NCBI GenBank assembly: GCA_965203415.1
Contig: CBDBCS010000006.1
Location: 1,378,394 to 1,442,393 of the forward strand
Length of the DNA: 64,000 nucleotides
Direction of reading: 5' to 3'
Origin: Alphaproteobacteria bacterium
Lineage (GTDB): Bacteria > Pseudomonadota > Alphaproteobacteria > CBDBCS01
Shown here: one piece after another, positions 1-10,048 of the stretch
How the letters are laid out: each line of letters starts with the position of its first letter
How positions within the stretch are numbered: position 1 is the stretch's first letter
Translations under genes and position numbers: made by a program
The notes under the pieces: generated by a model
Database searches by the model: none
Seen by the model: only the letters and a program-made list of their open reading frames with translations
Told to the model about the DNA's origin: nothing

Positions 1-473
1 CGGGGGCTCCCGAGAATGCGGACGCGATGGGGGACCCTGTCCCGAGGCCTCGTCTTTGGGCTCGGCCTGCGCCCCGGCCTGCGCCCTGGCACGGGAGGCG
101 GCCGGGGCGGGGTCGGGGGCCGCTTCGAGAGGGAGAGTGGACTCGGCGTCGGTCATCGGCGTGGCTCAGTCAGGCCCGCTCGGTGCATGCCCCGCACGTC
201 CTGAATACCCTGCGCGCCCGGCGAGGGCAGACAACTGCCTTGCCTCTCGGAGCCTCCCACTGAGCGCGGCTCGTCAGAGTCCATGCATCTGGTGGGCATC
301 TGGTGGTCTGTTTTTCATTTTTCCGTCGAATTTTTATCGGACCGCTTGTATCGGATTGTCACCAAACTCGGGAAAGCGCGGGAGCGGAAATAGAGACGCT
401 GCTCCCTCGCGACGGCGGGCGCCTGTCCCGATCCATGTCCCGGAAAAGCGTCCGGCACTTTAGGCCCGGGCTT

Positions 474-2318
474 TCAGGACGCCCGCTCGAGAATGCATCC
501 CGCCGCTCTGGCAAGAGCTATAAGCGAGGCCGCAGAAATGTTTGGATGCAAGGCGACGCCATAATAGGACGTCTTTCCCTGCGGGCCAGGCATCTGGAGT
601 TCTATGAAGGCGGCCGATTGGGCGTCGGACCCCGAACTCAGCGCGTGCTGGTGATAGCCCACCAAATGAACCGGTTTTAGTTCCGGAAAGTGCAGCCGAA
701 GCGCGTTCAAAAAAGCGTTGATGGGGCCATTGCCCGTGCCTCGGATGGTTTCTTTGACCATCGTTGCAGTCTGGAAGCCGGCCTCTTGTTCGCGCCGAAC
801 CAAGAGGGTGGCCTCTAGTTCGCGCTCTTCGGTCGGTTCGGGTTCGGGTGTGTCGGCAGGTCTTAGCTCGATCTTCACGGGGTGCGTGGTGTGGCTTACA
901 TAACGGAGCGGCCCTGTCTCTGTCAGATAGGTTTTCTGGAAAACATCCCAGATTTTTTCTGGCGCGATCTCTTGTTCGCTGGCGTCGGCCTCGTTCTGAA
1001 TCAGACGCGAGAGTTCGCTCTGAAAGCGTCTCGGGAGTTCTAAGCCAAAATCGCGCTCCATGATATAGGCGACGCCGCCTTTCCCGCTTTGCGAATTGAT
1101 GCGGACGACGGCCTCATAGGTGCGCCCCACATCCTTGGGGTCGATGGGGAGATAGGGGACCTCCCAGCGTTCCTGATTCGTCCGGCGCATCGCGGCAAAC
1201 CCCTTCTTGATGGCGTCCTGGTGCGAGCCAGAAAAGGCCGTGAAAACCAGATCGCCTGCATAAGGATGACGCTCTGGGACGGGGAGCCGGTTGCAATGCT
1301 CGGCGACTTTGCGAATAGAGGGCAAATCCGAAAAATCGATCCCCGGATCCACGCCCTGAGTGTAGAGATTCAAAGCCAGCGTCACAAGGTCCGTGTTGCC
1401 GGTGCGCTCGCCATTGCCGAAGAGCGTGCCTTCGATGCGTTCGGCTCCGGCCAGCAGGCCTAATTCGGCCGCGGCAACCCCGGTGCCTCTGTCATTATGA
1501 GGGTGCAGCGATAGAATGATAGAATCGCGCTGGGGCATATTTCTGTGAAAATACTCTATCAAATCGGCATAGAGATTCGGCGTGGACATCTCCACCGTGG
1601 CGGGGAGATTATGAATGACCTTCCAGCTCGGTTTGGGTTCCCACACGGCATTGACCGCGGCGCACACTTCGATGGCGTAGTCGATTTCGGTCCCCGTAAA
1701 GGACTCGGGCGAGTACTGAAAGAACCACCGCGTGCCGTGCCGGTCGCGTTCGGCGTGTTCTCGAACCCAGGTGGCACCGCGGGTTGCGATGGCTTTGACT
1801 TCCTCTCGAGAGGCGTCAAAAACAACGCGCCGCTGGAGCGTCGAAGTCGAATTATAGACATGCACAATGGCACTGTGAGCGCCCTCTAAAGCCTGATACG
1901 TGCGCTTGATGAGATCCTCTCGGGCCTGGGTCAGAGCCTGAACAAGGACGTGTTCGGGAATCAAATCCTTCTCGATGAGATGGCGCGTAAAATCAAAATC
2001 CGTCTGGCTGGCCGAGGGAAACCCAATCTCAATTTCTCGATAGCCGATGGCGACGAGTTTCTGAAACATTTTGATTTTGCGCTCGAGTCCCATCGGCTCG
2101 ATGAGAGCCTGATTCCCGTCGCGCAGATCCACCGAGCACCAGATGGGTGGCTTCGTCGTTTGCTTGTCAGGCCAGCTCCGTTCAAAATTCTGTAGGGGCG
2201 GATAGGGCTTGTATTTGCCTCGAGGCGACATAGACGGACTCACAGAAAAGGGCGGCGGCGACATGAGAGATAACGTGGGGGAGGCGATAGCTCCGAAGAT
2301 GACAAAGGACCTCTCCAT
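474..2318 (-). CDS. leuA: 2-isopropylmalate synthase (long-form LeuA)
   Basis: 614-aa ORF with the 'WCSVDLRDGNQAL' catalytic motif and the 'LSLHPHNDRGTG' metal site. A C-terminal LeuA regulatory domain is present. The true start may be an internal Met (2264 or 2231). Confidence 0.9.
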   Translation of the reverse strand: MERSFVIFGAIASPTLSLMSPPPFSVSPSMSPRGKYKPYPPLQNFERSWPDKQTTKPPIWCSVDLRDGNQALIEPMGLERKIKMFQKLVAIGYREIEIGFPSASQTDFDFTRHLIEKDLIPEHVLVQALTQAREDLIKRTYQALEGAHSAIVHVYNSTSTLQRRVVFDASREEVKAIATRGATWVREHAERDRHGTRWFFQYSPESFTGTEIDYAIEVCAAVNAVWEPKPSWKVIHNLPATVEMSTPNLYADLIEYFHRNMPQRDSIILSLHPHNDRGTGVAAAELGLLAGAERIEGTLFGNGERTGNTDLVTLALNLYTQGVDPGIDFSDLPSIRKVAEHCNRLPVPERHPYAGDLVFTAFSGSHQDAIKKGFAAMRRTNQERWEVPYLPIDPKDVGRTYEAVVRINSQSGKGGVAYIMERDFGLELPRRFQSELSRLIQNEADASEQEIAPEKIWDVFQKTYLTETGPLRYVSHTTHPVKIELRPADTPEPEPTEERELEATLLVRREQEAGFQTATMVKETIRGTGNGPINAFLNALRLHFPELKPVHLVGYHQHALSSGSDAQSAAFIELQMPGPQGKTSYYGVALHPNISAASLIALARAAGCILERAS

Positions 2319-2423
2319 CCTAGCAGGCTTCCTTCAAAAAAGTAAAGCTCTCCTTTTTTTCCGGACTCTTCCGGACGCTTCTCTGTTTTTCTGTTCTTCG
2401 CTTGGGTGTGTCGCCTCTTCTTC

Positions 2424-3917
2424 CTAGGAGAGGGTTGGCGGCCGAGGGTCTCGAAGATAAGCCAGGGCCTCTTGAAAAATGCCATCGACGCGCAGAGGAT
2501 TATGCATTCGAAAATTCCGGATAGAGTCAAAATGGACGCGCATCAAATTGGTGCCAAAAACACGCGGATAAGGTATAAATTCGCCCACCGCCACCATAGG
2601 AAAAAAGCCCTCCGGTTCCCACGTCGAGAGAATGAAAGCTTTCGTGCCACAGATCACCGGCAGATGTGCCATAGAGGTGTCGATGCTGACGACCATGGCA
2701 GCCTTTTGGACGCGCGCGATGAGGTCTCGGGGCGGTAGAGATAGCATCATTCCATAGGCATAGGGTTGTGTCAGATTTGCGACGCAAGCCGGAATGAGGC
2801 GGGGTAAGCCCGCGGCCTCTTCGTTCGGGCCACAGGAGAACACAGGAAAAAAACCGTTTTCCGAAAGTTTTCGCCCCAGCAGAACCCAGTTTGCGAGCGG
2901 CCACCATTTGTCTTTATTACTCCCGCCGGTGTGGAGAATGACTTCTTGAGGCTGTGGCAGACCCGAGACTCCCGACGGCCCCGGGGCGGCGGGGAGTCTC
3001 GCCAAACGCAGCGGCAATTTACTTCCGTGAAATCTAGAAAGACAATACCAGGGGTCGAGAAGCGTGAAAGCCGACGGAAAAGCCTGCTCGAAAGAAAAAG
3101 GCGTAAGCAAACTGGGAGGCCGCGTATCGGGACGTGGCATGTAATCCAGATAGGTCCTGAGGAACATATAATTGCGAACATATTTTTCTGAAGTAGAGGC
3201 CCCGGCTAACACAAGATTTTCAGGTTGAGCCGCGAGGGCACTGAGGTCCTCGGACCTGGGGTCGTGTCGGTGTTGAAGGAAAATCGCCGTCTTGATGTTG
3301 AGACCGCGGAGAAAAAGAAGATAGTCTCGTCTGTAAAAAGGATTCTTTTTGATTTTTTGTTTGTATCTCGGCACGAGGTTCCAGTCCGGGAACAGAATTT
3401 CGGCCCAGGCCTTGTGGTAAGCATCAAAAGCAAAATAAATATCCGCCGGCCGAGCCCCCGTCGCCTGCTCCACGAGGTGCTTGAGATGAAAAGTCAGTAA
3501 AAAATCCCCCACCTCATCCAAACGTTGAACGAGAACATGCTTGCGTTCTTTGCGTTCCCCGCCCCCCCCCTGGACAGCTGAGTGCCTCTGTCGAGCCGCC
3601 GGTCGATAGGGGCGGGATAACCGCGTCGATGGCAAGAATCGGACGGGCTGAGACAGACGGCCTCCTGCGGTATGAGGGGCGTCTGGGGCCTCTGTTCCGT
3701 CGCCTGTTTGTTCTCTGGGTTGTGTTCCAGATTGGATTTTCCCCGGGGCCGGTGCCGGGGCCGGCGCCGGGGCCGGGGCCTGTGGCGTCAAGTCGGCCTC
3801 TTGAGAGGCCGCGTATAAAGATCGGTCCGCCCGCAACCACGGATAGAGATACACGTCAATCTGGCCTCGTTTCCAGGCCGTCTTGATGGCCTGCGACGTG
3901 AGTTTCCTGGTTTTCAT
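2424..3917 (-). CDS. Glycosyltransferase family 9 (heptosyltransferase-like) protein with an N-terminal (PA)n tract
   Basis: 497-aa ORF. The C-terminal half shows the GT9 pattern 'HTGGSNKDKWWPLANW...GFFPVFSCGP...AAMVVSIDTSMAHLPVICGTKAFIL'. The N-terminus carries PAPAPAPAPAPAP. Confidence 0.6.
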   Translation of the reverse strand: MKTRKLTSQAIKTAWKRGQIDVYLYPWLRADRSLYAASQEADLTPQAPAPAPAPAPAPGKIQSGTQPREQTGDGTEAPDAPHTAGGRLSQPVRFLPSTRLSRPYRPAARQRHSAVQGGGGERKERKHVLVQRLDEVGDFLLTFHLKHLVEQATGARPADIYFAFDAYHKAWAEILFPDWNLVPRYKQKIKKNPFYRRDYLLFLRGLNIKTAIFLQHRHDPRSEDLSALAAQPENLVLAGASTSEKYVRNYMFLRTYLDYMPRPDTRPPSLLTPFSFEQAFPSAFTLLDPWYCLSRFHGSKLPLRLARLPAAPGPSGVSGLPQPQEVILHTGGSNKDKWWPLANWVLLGRKLSENGFFPVFSCGPNEEAAGLPRLIPACVANLTQPYAYGMMLSLPPRDLIARVQKAAMVVSIDTSMAHLPVICGTKAFILSTWEPEGFFPMVAVGEFIPYPRVFGTNLMRVHFDSIRNFRMHNPLRVDGIFQEALAYLRDPRPPTLS

Positions 3918-3967
3918 GCCTCGATTTTGAAGGGCGCGCGCCGTGCCATTTTTACAGTGTTTTTATC

Positions 3968-5341
3968 TTAAGTTTGAGCTTTCCCGGCCCGATTTTGCCC
4001 GGCATGCGTCGGGCAGGTTCGTGTCTCGAGAAAGTCTTGGATTTCGCGGGCGAGGCCATCCAAGACAGCAGGATTCACAGCGGTAAAATGCCATGGTTTT
4101 ATCTCGCAGACTCTGAAACGTTCCTCTAGCATGCCATGCGGATAAGGCGTGACCCAAGGCACGGCCCACTTCAGACTCTGAGCCAGACTCGCACGCTGGT
4201 CGGTGTGCTCCCGGCACTCCAAGGCGAAGACCATGGTTGGACTCAAGAGAGCGTAATGCAACAAAAAAGAATTGCGGCCGACCACTACGTCTATGCCCTG
4301 CAGGAATGTTAAGAACTCGCGTCCCGAAGCGAGCTCCACAAATTCGTAAGCGGTGGGGAGATTTTCCTCCAGGGGAAAGCCCGCACGGTCCTGGAGTACA
4401 TTCTCTATGAGGCGCGCCTCAAAATCGCCCCAGCCCTCGTGACACTTCAGAAAAACAACCTCGAAGTTCTGTATTCTCAAATTATGAGCAAGCCCGATGA
4501 GATTGTGAGAGAGCAGGCGATGTTTTTCCGAACGATGACTGGGAATGAGCGCAATCTTTTGTTTTTTTTCTGTCCTGACGTTTCCGATGACGTGTGCAAT
4601 CGGTGTCGGCTTGTGCCGCTTGCCAGAGAAAAGAGAGAGCTGATAAAAATATTCGCAAAGAGGGTGATACGCAAAATCCTCTTTTCTGCATCCGAAAAAA
4701 AAGCAATCCTCTACGCTTGCCGAACTAAAGGTGGGCTGATACGTAAAATGCTGCGTAAAGAAGGACAGAAAACGCGCCGTTCTGCCCTCGACTTGCGGCG
4801 GAAACCCGATGAGAAGGCGCGACGGGCGCAACGCTAAAGCTAGTAATTCCAGATAATTGGACTGGTGGATATGGGGCGGGCGAAACATTAAAATCGTCCC
4901 GTAAGGCCGTTGCCGCGCCCGCCAGAAAAACGTCAGAAGAGCCCTCCAGAGTGTCACCTTGCGTGGTCGGGCTTTTTTGTTAGATCTTCTCTCGGCTGGG
5001 CACGCGACCCGGTCCCAATCTGGAAACAGATCCGAGACCCAGACGGCCGGGCGACCTTTGAGCTCTTCGTCCTCGAGATAAAAAAGACAGATTTTTTGTG
5101 AGGCCTCGGTCCTGAGATCTTCTATGGCCTCTTTGAGATAACGTAAAAAAATCAAATCCTCCATCGCCCCCCAGTGCATCACCAAAAGCGTCTCGTTCTG
5201 GCCGGTTCGTTTGCCAGTTCGAGCCCCCGCGAACGTTCCACCGAAGAGCCGGCTGAACGCGAGGAACCAAAAGTCCAATCTGGCCAAGGCGCCCTCTCGG
5301 CGAGCCCGCCACAGAATACGCCACGAGAGCGGCTTCTTCAC
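3968..5341 (-). CDS. Divergent GT9-like glycosyltransferase / hypothetical protein
   Basis: 457-aa ORF. It shows 'IALIPSHRSEKHRLLSH...EVVFLKCHEG' and 'IDVVVGRNSFLLHYALLSPTMVFAL', which resemble the GT9 donor-binding motifs in degenerate form. It lies next to the other GT9-like gene. Confidence 0.45.
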   Translation of the reverse strand: MKKPLSWRILWRARREGALARLDFWFLAFSRLFGGTFAGARTGKRTGQNETLLVMHWGAMEDLIFLRYLKEAIEDLRTEASQKICLFYLEDEELKGRPAVWVSDLFPDWDRVACPAERRSNKKARPRKVTLWRALLTFFWRARQRPYGTILMFRPPHIHQSNYLELLALALRPSRLLIGFPPQVEGRTARFLSFFTQHFTYQPTFSSASVEDCFFFGCRKEDFAYHPLCEYFYQLSLFSGKRHKPTPIAHVIGNVRTEKKQKIALIPSHRSEKHRLLSHNLIGLAHNLRIQNFEVVFLKCHEGWGDFEARLIENVLQDRAGFPLEENLPTAYEFVELASGREFLTFLQGIDVVVGRNSFLLHYALLSPTMVFALECREHTDQRASLAQSLKWAVPWVTPYPHGMLEERFRVCEIKPWHFTAVNPAVLDGLAREIQDFLETRTCPTHAGQNRAGKAQT

Positions 5342-5369
5342 GTTCTCCTCTCTTTCATGGGGGTTTGGG

Positions 5370-8300
5370 TTATTCCGGGTTGGCCTGGCCGGCCGGCTGG
5401 GAAGAGCTCTCAGGCGAAGGCGGGGGCGCGATGGTTTCGGTCCCGCGCAGATATTTCAGAATGCCGGGCAAAAAAGAGTCCAGATAATCGACCTCGAAAT
5501 TCGGCTCGCCCAGAGGCCCCGTCGCTCGGAAGGGGGTTCCCAGAAGCAGACTTCCCTCCGGCCCGATAAGGAGCCGGTCCAGCGCATAAATCCGCTCAAA
5601 AAAGGTATGAAAAGACCGCACCGTCGTGAAGACTCCGGACACGGCAACCGTTTGGTTCTGGATATCGATCTCGCCTTGTGCCAGCATTTTATTGTTTTGA
5701 AACTCTGCGTCCAGATAATCCAGGTAAAGCTTCTCGGGGCTCCAGCGCATGGCTGTTTTGAGCGTCCGGATGGTGAGCGTATCCTCAAAGGACTCCAGGG
5801 TTTCGTCTATAGAAAAAAAAGCAGAGATACGCAAGGCCAAATTCGGATTCAGAACCTGGAGGGCCTCCACAGAAGCCTCCCCACCGAGCAGCTCGAGCGG
5901 CGAGGCACTCGCCATATCCACGACAAATTGGCCAGCCCCCAAATCCGAGCCGAACCCTAAAACATATAACAAAAAGCCGACATTAGACCCCTCGGCGGCA
6001 AAAGAGCGGGCATAAGGATTGACGGCGTCATACGCCACAAGCATGGGAGATTGCCCGCCAATCTCGCCTCTGAAACGAATTTCTTTCCAATCCGAATCGC
6101 ATCGAAGCATGGTCCCGCTATTCTGATTGAGGACCAGGTCGCTGGTTCCCACGAGCGTCTCGAGAAAGAATTGGCCCTCTATGCAAAAAGGAGGCCGGGT
6201 ATAGGCCGAAATCCGCCGGTCTGCCTCAGCCAGAGCCGGCGTCTTTTCCGGGGTCTCCGGTGTTGCCTCGTCCGGATTTTTCTGTTCCTGTCTCAGATAG
6301 TCGAGTGCCGATTCGAGATAAAGGCTTTCCCCCGATACGTCAAAAAATAGACCCGGCCCATGGGGTGGCCGACGGGGGTCGTAGCGCGCTTCCACAGAGA
6401 AGCTATTCGGGCCCAGCTTTCTCGCATGCACGCCTCCCGTCCAGACTTGTTGAGGTGTTCGGCCTCCGTGGGCCGCCACCGCCAGATGTTGCCCCTGTAT
6501 TTCGATGTGTTCTAGATCGAGCTGCCGCCGGTTCGGGCCCGATAACAAAGCCCTCGCATGGAGTCTCAGCGGGTTTTGACGGCTCGGGATATCAAACGCT
6601 TCGAGCACAGGCCAGACGATGCCTTGCCCCACAAGCGTGCCTTCCAGTTGTGTCTGTGCCGCCCGAGGCTTGTTTCGTATCAAGAGCTCGGCTTCCACGG
6701 GCCCGGCGGGATAGAGGCCGGGGATTCCCCCGGTTTTTCCCCCGGTTTTTTCCTCCGTGGTTTCTGTTGTCTCCGCCAGCAGCGTGCCCGACAAAGCCGC
6801 AATCGACCCACGCGTCCGGAGGGCGATTTCGGTTTGAGGGGCCTCTGGAGGCTCTTCCAGAAAATGTGTGCCTTCCCATTCGAACGGCAGAGACTCTAGC
6901 ACCGCCGCCCCCCGAGTCGTCACCTGGTTTGTGAGATGAGTTTTCTCAAAGACGAGCTCACCGACGCCCTGCCGGAGGGTCTTGTCCCATCCCGCCGGTT
7001 CTGTCACAGAGACCTCGCGAAAAGAAGAGGCGACATGGATCCGAGTCCGGGAGGAGCTATCCAGCCCGACGAGAATGTCTATCTCTGTCCTGTGGTACCC
7101 AGAGATGGACGCCCACGGAAAACGGAGCTCTTCAAAGACAGGATGTTGGATGCGTGTCAGATGTGTCATCAAAGTTTCCAGCTCGCCTGTCACGATGCCG
7201 TCGTACGAAAAAGAGCTGCTTGCGGTCTCAGGATGATACGTAAAACGCATAGAGGCCGGCAGAAAGGAAAGCGCCGGATGCGTCGCCTCTTCGAGATCAA
7301 AGGTGAGTCGAGTGTTGGAGCCTCTTATGGTGCCGCGCAGCGTCCCACGGATATTCTCGATGCGGACCGAGTCCTCCAGCAGCGCCAAGGTGGTCTCTTC
7401 CACGCGGCTTTTCAGGACCAGTTCTTTCAGTTCCAGAGCGTTGTCCGGCTCCCCCCCGGGGGTGTCCGGTGTATCCGGTGTGTCGGGTGTGTCGGGGGGC
7501 GTTCGCAGTCCAACTTGCAATTGAAAGTCTTTCAAGAGACCTCGGGGAAAAAGCGTCAGGAAGCTCTGGCGCGTTTCGGTTTGTAGCGTTGTCGGCCATA
7601 GGTGCTGAATACGCTCTACCGAGGCTTTCTCGACAAAAACCCGCCAGTCCTGATGGAGCCCCAAGGTTCCGTTGTTTTGGCTGTTTTCCTCATCCGTTGC
7701 AGGGGCCGTTGCCTGGGCTGTGTTTTGCCAGATTCGTCCTTGTGCCTCGATGGGCATATCGGCCAGACGAAGCCCGAGCTCGATCTCGAGACTCTCCCCG
7801 GAGGTGTCGTCTGTCGGCGTGCCCGTCGGTTTGCCCGTCGGCTTGTTCGTCACGCCGAGTTCCAGATTGTGCACCACGAGGGGTTCTTCAAAAAGTTTTT
7901 CATCCTGGAACAGTAAAAGCGGCCCCTGGAGTTCGACCTCAAAATCTATGTGAGAGAGCACCTCGAAAGGGTCTTGTGTCGGTTGTGAAGGAAGCCGCGT
8001 CCAAACGTCTTTCTTTATAGAAAGAGCCGCCGCCGCCTCCAGCGTTCCATGGAAAACCAGTGGCCCCGGGCTCGGGCGATCCGAGTCCGTCCGGAGGCCT
8101 CGTTCCAGAAGCGGTGTCAACCAACCGGCTTCGAAGTGCTCTAGGCCGAGCGTCAGGTTCAAGTGTTCCAGCTGCCCGAATTGTGTCAAATCATCTTTCG
8201 TTTCTAAGACGAGCGCGCTCTCATCCAAACGCGCCGTGAAAGCGGTTTGAGTTTCGTGCTCGGACCACGTCCCCGCTAGCGTCCAATGGAGGGTCTCGGG

Positions 8301-9584
8301 GGACAGTCGAGACAAGGCTTCGGGCACAAGCCCGGACTCGGGCCTGGACTCGGACCTGGACTCTGACCCGCCCAAAGAGGCAAGCGAGGTAACCCACGCC
8401 CCGAATAGGCCTTCGGACTCTAGGGTATAGTGCCACGCCGTCGTCTGCGGAGCCGCCTGGTCTATGTTTTGGTTTATGTTCTGGCCCGGCTCGGCGGTTG
8501 TTTTCTCAACAGAGAAACGAATAGGTTCCGGCGCGATATCCGGGAGTTCCAAGGTTCCCTCGGTTTGAAAAAGAAACGCCTCGATTCCGGATAGTCCGGG
8601 TTGTTTTTCGCCTTCAGGGGCCGCGTTCCGTTGAGCCACTTGCGTCCGGAGTTCAAATCGGAACCGAAGGTCTTGAGGCTCTTGCCCAACGCGCACCAGC
8701 TGCCCCAAAACTTCCGGCGTTTCGACCGTCAGCGTCCCCTCTTTCAGGTCTGTTCCCAGCCCTGTCTGGACCCGGAGCGTGCCCGAGAGGACGGGGTCGG
8801 TGTTTTTCTCGTCCCTAGAGCTCGCTCTACGGCCCGGGATGTTTGTCCGGGTGTTTTGCTGGGTGTTTTTTTGGAGACTCAGGCTGAGACCTTGCACGGC
8901 GTCCTCATAGCGTAGAGCCCCCAGCGTCACAAGAACGGTTTGAGCGTCCCGTTTCTCGAACGCAAGGTGCGTCCCCATGACCGCGGTGGTCTCGGTGATA
9001 ACGCCCGAGTCCGAGTGTGACTCCGAGTCCGGGGCCGAGCCCCAGCTCAAACGTGCCTGTTCGATAAGGAACCGCGTCCCAATCTTGGACTGGTCCAGAA
9101 AGCCCAGAATGATTTCAAACGTTGGCCCCGCCTCAAAAGAATCCTCCTGCCGGTCGTCCGAGGCACGCTCATCCAAATGCAAGTCCAGTGTTCTCAATCG
9201 GACCAGACTCGGGATGTAGGTTTGGTTCCAGAGGTCTCGCCACTGAAAGGCGATGGCGGCCTGTCCCAGCTCGAGGCGTGTTTCGGCCTCGCCCGCCGAG
9301 CCTGCCGCCCGCTCTTCCGCGAGGCCGCGTTCTTTCGAATCTCCAGAGGGCACGGAAAGCGTGAGTTGGTCGAAATCCACCACGACCGCCCGCTTCGAGA
9401 CGTCCAAAAACAGACGCGCATTCTGACTGTATAAAAAAAACGCCGACGACGTTCTTTGTGAGATGTTCCGAACGAACCAGTCGCCCGGCAACCCCCAGAC
9501 CGTCGCAACGAGCCCCACGCTCGCCAGCCCGACAAACAAGAGAACAATCGGGAGAACGAAGAGGTAAATAAAAACTTTCTTCAT
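5370..9584 (-). CDS. Large AsmA/YhdP-family (DUF3971-like) envelope protein
   Basis: 1404-aa ORF with a single N-terminal TM anchor 'MKKVFIYLFVLPIVLLFVGLASVGLVATVW'. The body is long and predicted to be beta-rich, and the conserved C-terminal region ends '...NFEVDYLDSFLPGILKYLRG', typical of the YhdP/AsmA2 family. It also contains several short tandem peptide inserts. Confidence 0.6.
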   Translation of the reverse strand: MKKVFIYLFVLPIVLLFVGLASVGLVATVWGLPGDWFVRNISQRTSSAFFLYSQNARLFLDVSKRAVVVDFDQLTLSVPSGDSKERGLAEERAAGSAGEAETRLELGQAAIAFQWRDLWNQTYIPSLVRLRTLDLHLDERASDDRQEDSFEAGPTFEIILGFLDQSKIGTRFLIEQARLSWGSAPDSESHSDSGVITETTAVMGTHLAFEKRDAQTVLVTLGALRYEDAVQGLSLSLQKNTQQNTRTNIPGRRASSRDEKNTDPVLSGTLRVQTGLGTDLKEGTLTVETPEVLGQLVRVGQEPQDLRFRFELRTQVAQRNAAPEGEKQPGLSGIEAFLFQTEGTLELPDIAPEPIRFSVEKTTAEPGQNINQNIDQAAPQTTAWHYTLESEGLFGAWVTSLASLGGSESRSESRPESGLVPEALSRLSPETLHWTLAGTWSEHETQTAFTARLDESALVLETKDDLTQFGQLEHLNLTLGLEHFEAGWLTPLLERGLRTDSDRPSPGPLVFHGTLEAAAALSIKKDVWTRLPSQPTQDPFEVLSHIDFEVELQGPLLLFQDEKLFEEPLVVHNLELGVTNKPTGKPTGTPTDDTSGESLEIELGLRLADMPIEAQGRIWQNTAQATAPATDEENSQNNGTLGLHQDWRVFVEKASVERIQHLWPTTLQTETRQSFLTLFPRGLLKDFQLQVGLRTPPDTPDTPDTPDTPGGEPDNALELKELVLKSRVEETTLALLEDSVRIENIRGTLRGTIRGSNTRLTFDLEEATHPALSFLPASMRFTYHPETASSSFSYDGIVTGELETLMTHLTRIQHPVFEELRFPWASISGYHRTEIDILVGLDSSSRTRIHVASSFREVSVTEPAGWDKTLRQGVGELVFEKTHLTNQVTTRGAAVLESLPFEWEGTHFLEEPPEAPQTEIALRTRGSIAALSGTLLAETTETTEEKTGGKTGGIPGLYPAGPVEAELLIRNKPRAAQTQLEGTLVGQGIVWPVLEAFDIPSRQNPLRLHARALLSGPNRRQLDLEHIEIQGQHLAVAAHGGRTPQQVWTGGVHARKLGPNSFSVEARYDPRRPPHGPGLFFDVSGESLYLESALDYLRQEQKNPDEATPETPEKTPALAEADRRISAYTRPPFCIEGQFFLETLVGTSDLVLNQNSGTMLRCDSDWKEIRFRGEIGGQSPMLVAYDAVNPYARSFAAEGSNVGFLLYVLGFGSDLGAGQFVVDMASASPLELLGGEASVEALQVLNPNLALRISAFFSIDETLESFEDTLTIRTLKTAMRWSPEKLYLDYLDAEFQNNKMLAQGEIDIQNQTVAVSGVFTTVRSFHTFFERIYALDRLLIGPEGSLLLGTPFRATGPLGEPNFEVDYLDSFLPGILKYLRGTETIAPPPSPESSSQPAGQANPE

Positions 9585-9599
9585 CGCATCATCGTGTCC

Positions 9600-9635
9600 C
9601 CGGTTATGCCGGTGATGCCGGTGATGCCGGTGATG
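9600..9635. repeat. Four tandem copies of a 9-bp unit (CCGGTKATG)
   Basis: The sequence reads directly as ccggttatg ccggtgatg ccggtgatg ccggtgatg. It lies 16-51 nt upstream of the AsmA-like start codon. Confidence 0.9.
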
Positions 9636-10048
9636 CTCGGGTGTTCCGGGGGCTCCCCGGGTATCCCTCCTGGTATTCCCCCGGGTATCCCTAGGTGTGT
9701 TTTAGAGCGTTTCACGGCAGAGCCCCTCTCGGTTGACATTCTGGTTCGTTCGGGCTAGAGAAAGACCTGGAGCAAAGGCGTGTTCTGTCGGCTCTTCCGT
9801 GGTCGGCCGCTGTCGGTGCCCCCTCCCGGTCTTTTCTCAGGTTGCCCGGGTCATCCCCGGGAGACCCGGGCAATTCGGCCCATTCTAGCAGACTTTTCAG
9901 AGCGTTGCTACAAGACGCTCTTGGGGCGGGCTCGGAGAAAAGGCCGCCAAAAGATCAGGACGGGGTCGGCACGCCGGGGCGAAGAAGGGGCGAGGAAACG
10001 CTTTTTTTGGGAAAAAGCAAAATTTGTGTGAGAGAAGGATTTTTTTGA

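Noticed and set aside
1-156. A possible 5' end of a minus-strand gene (ATG at 156..154, reading MTDAESTLPLEAAPDPAPAAS...).
   Set aside because: It is only about 50 low-complexity codons with no clear RBS, and it is truncated by the window edge. The evidence is insufficient.
9640-10048. A ZTP (pfl) or THF riboswitch upstream of fhs.
   Set aside because: I could not find the conserved pfl elements (GGGTCGTGA...CCGCCTGGGC) or any other convincing riboswitch core by eye. A cmscan run would be the decisive test.
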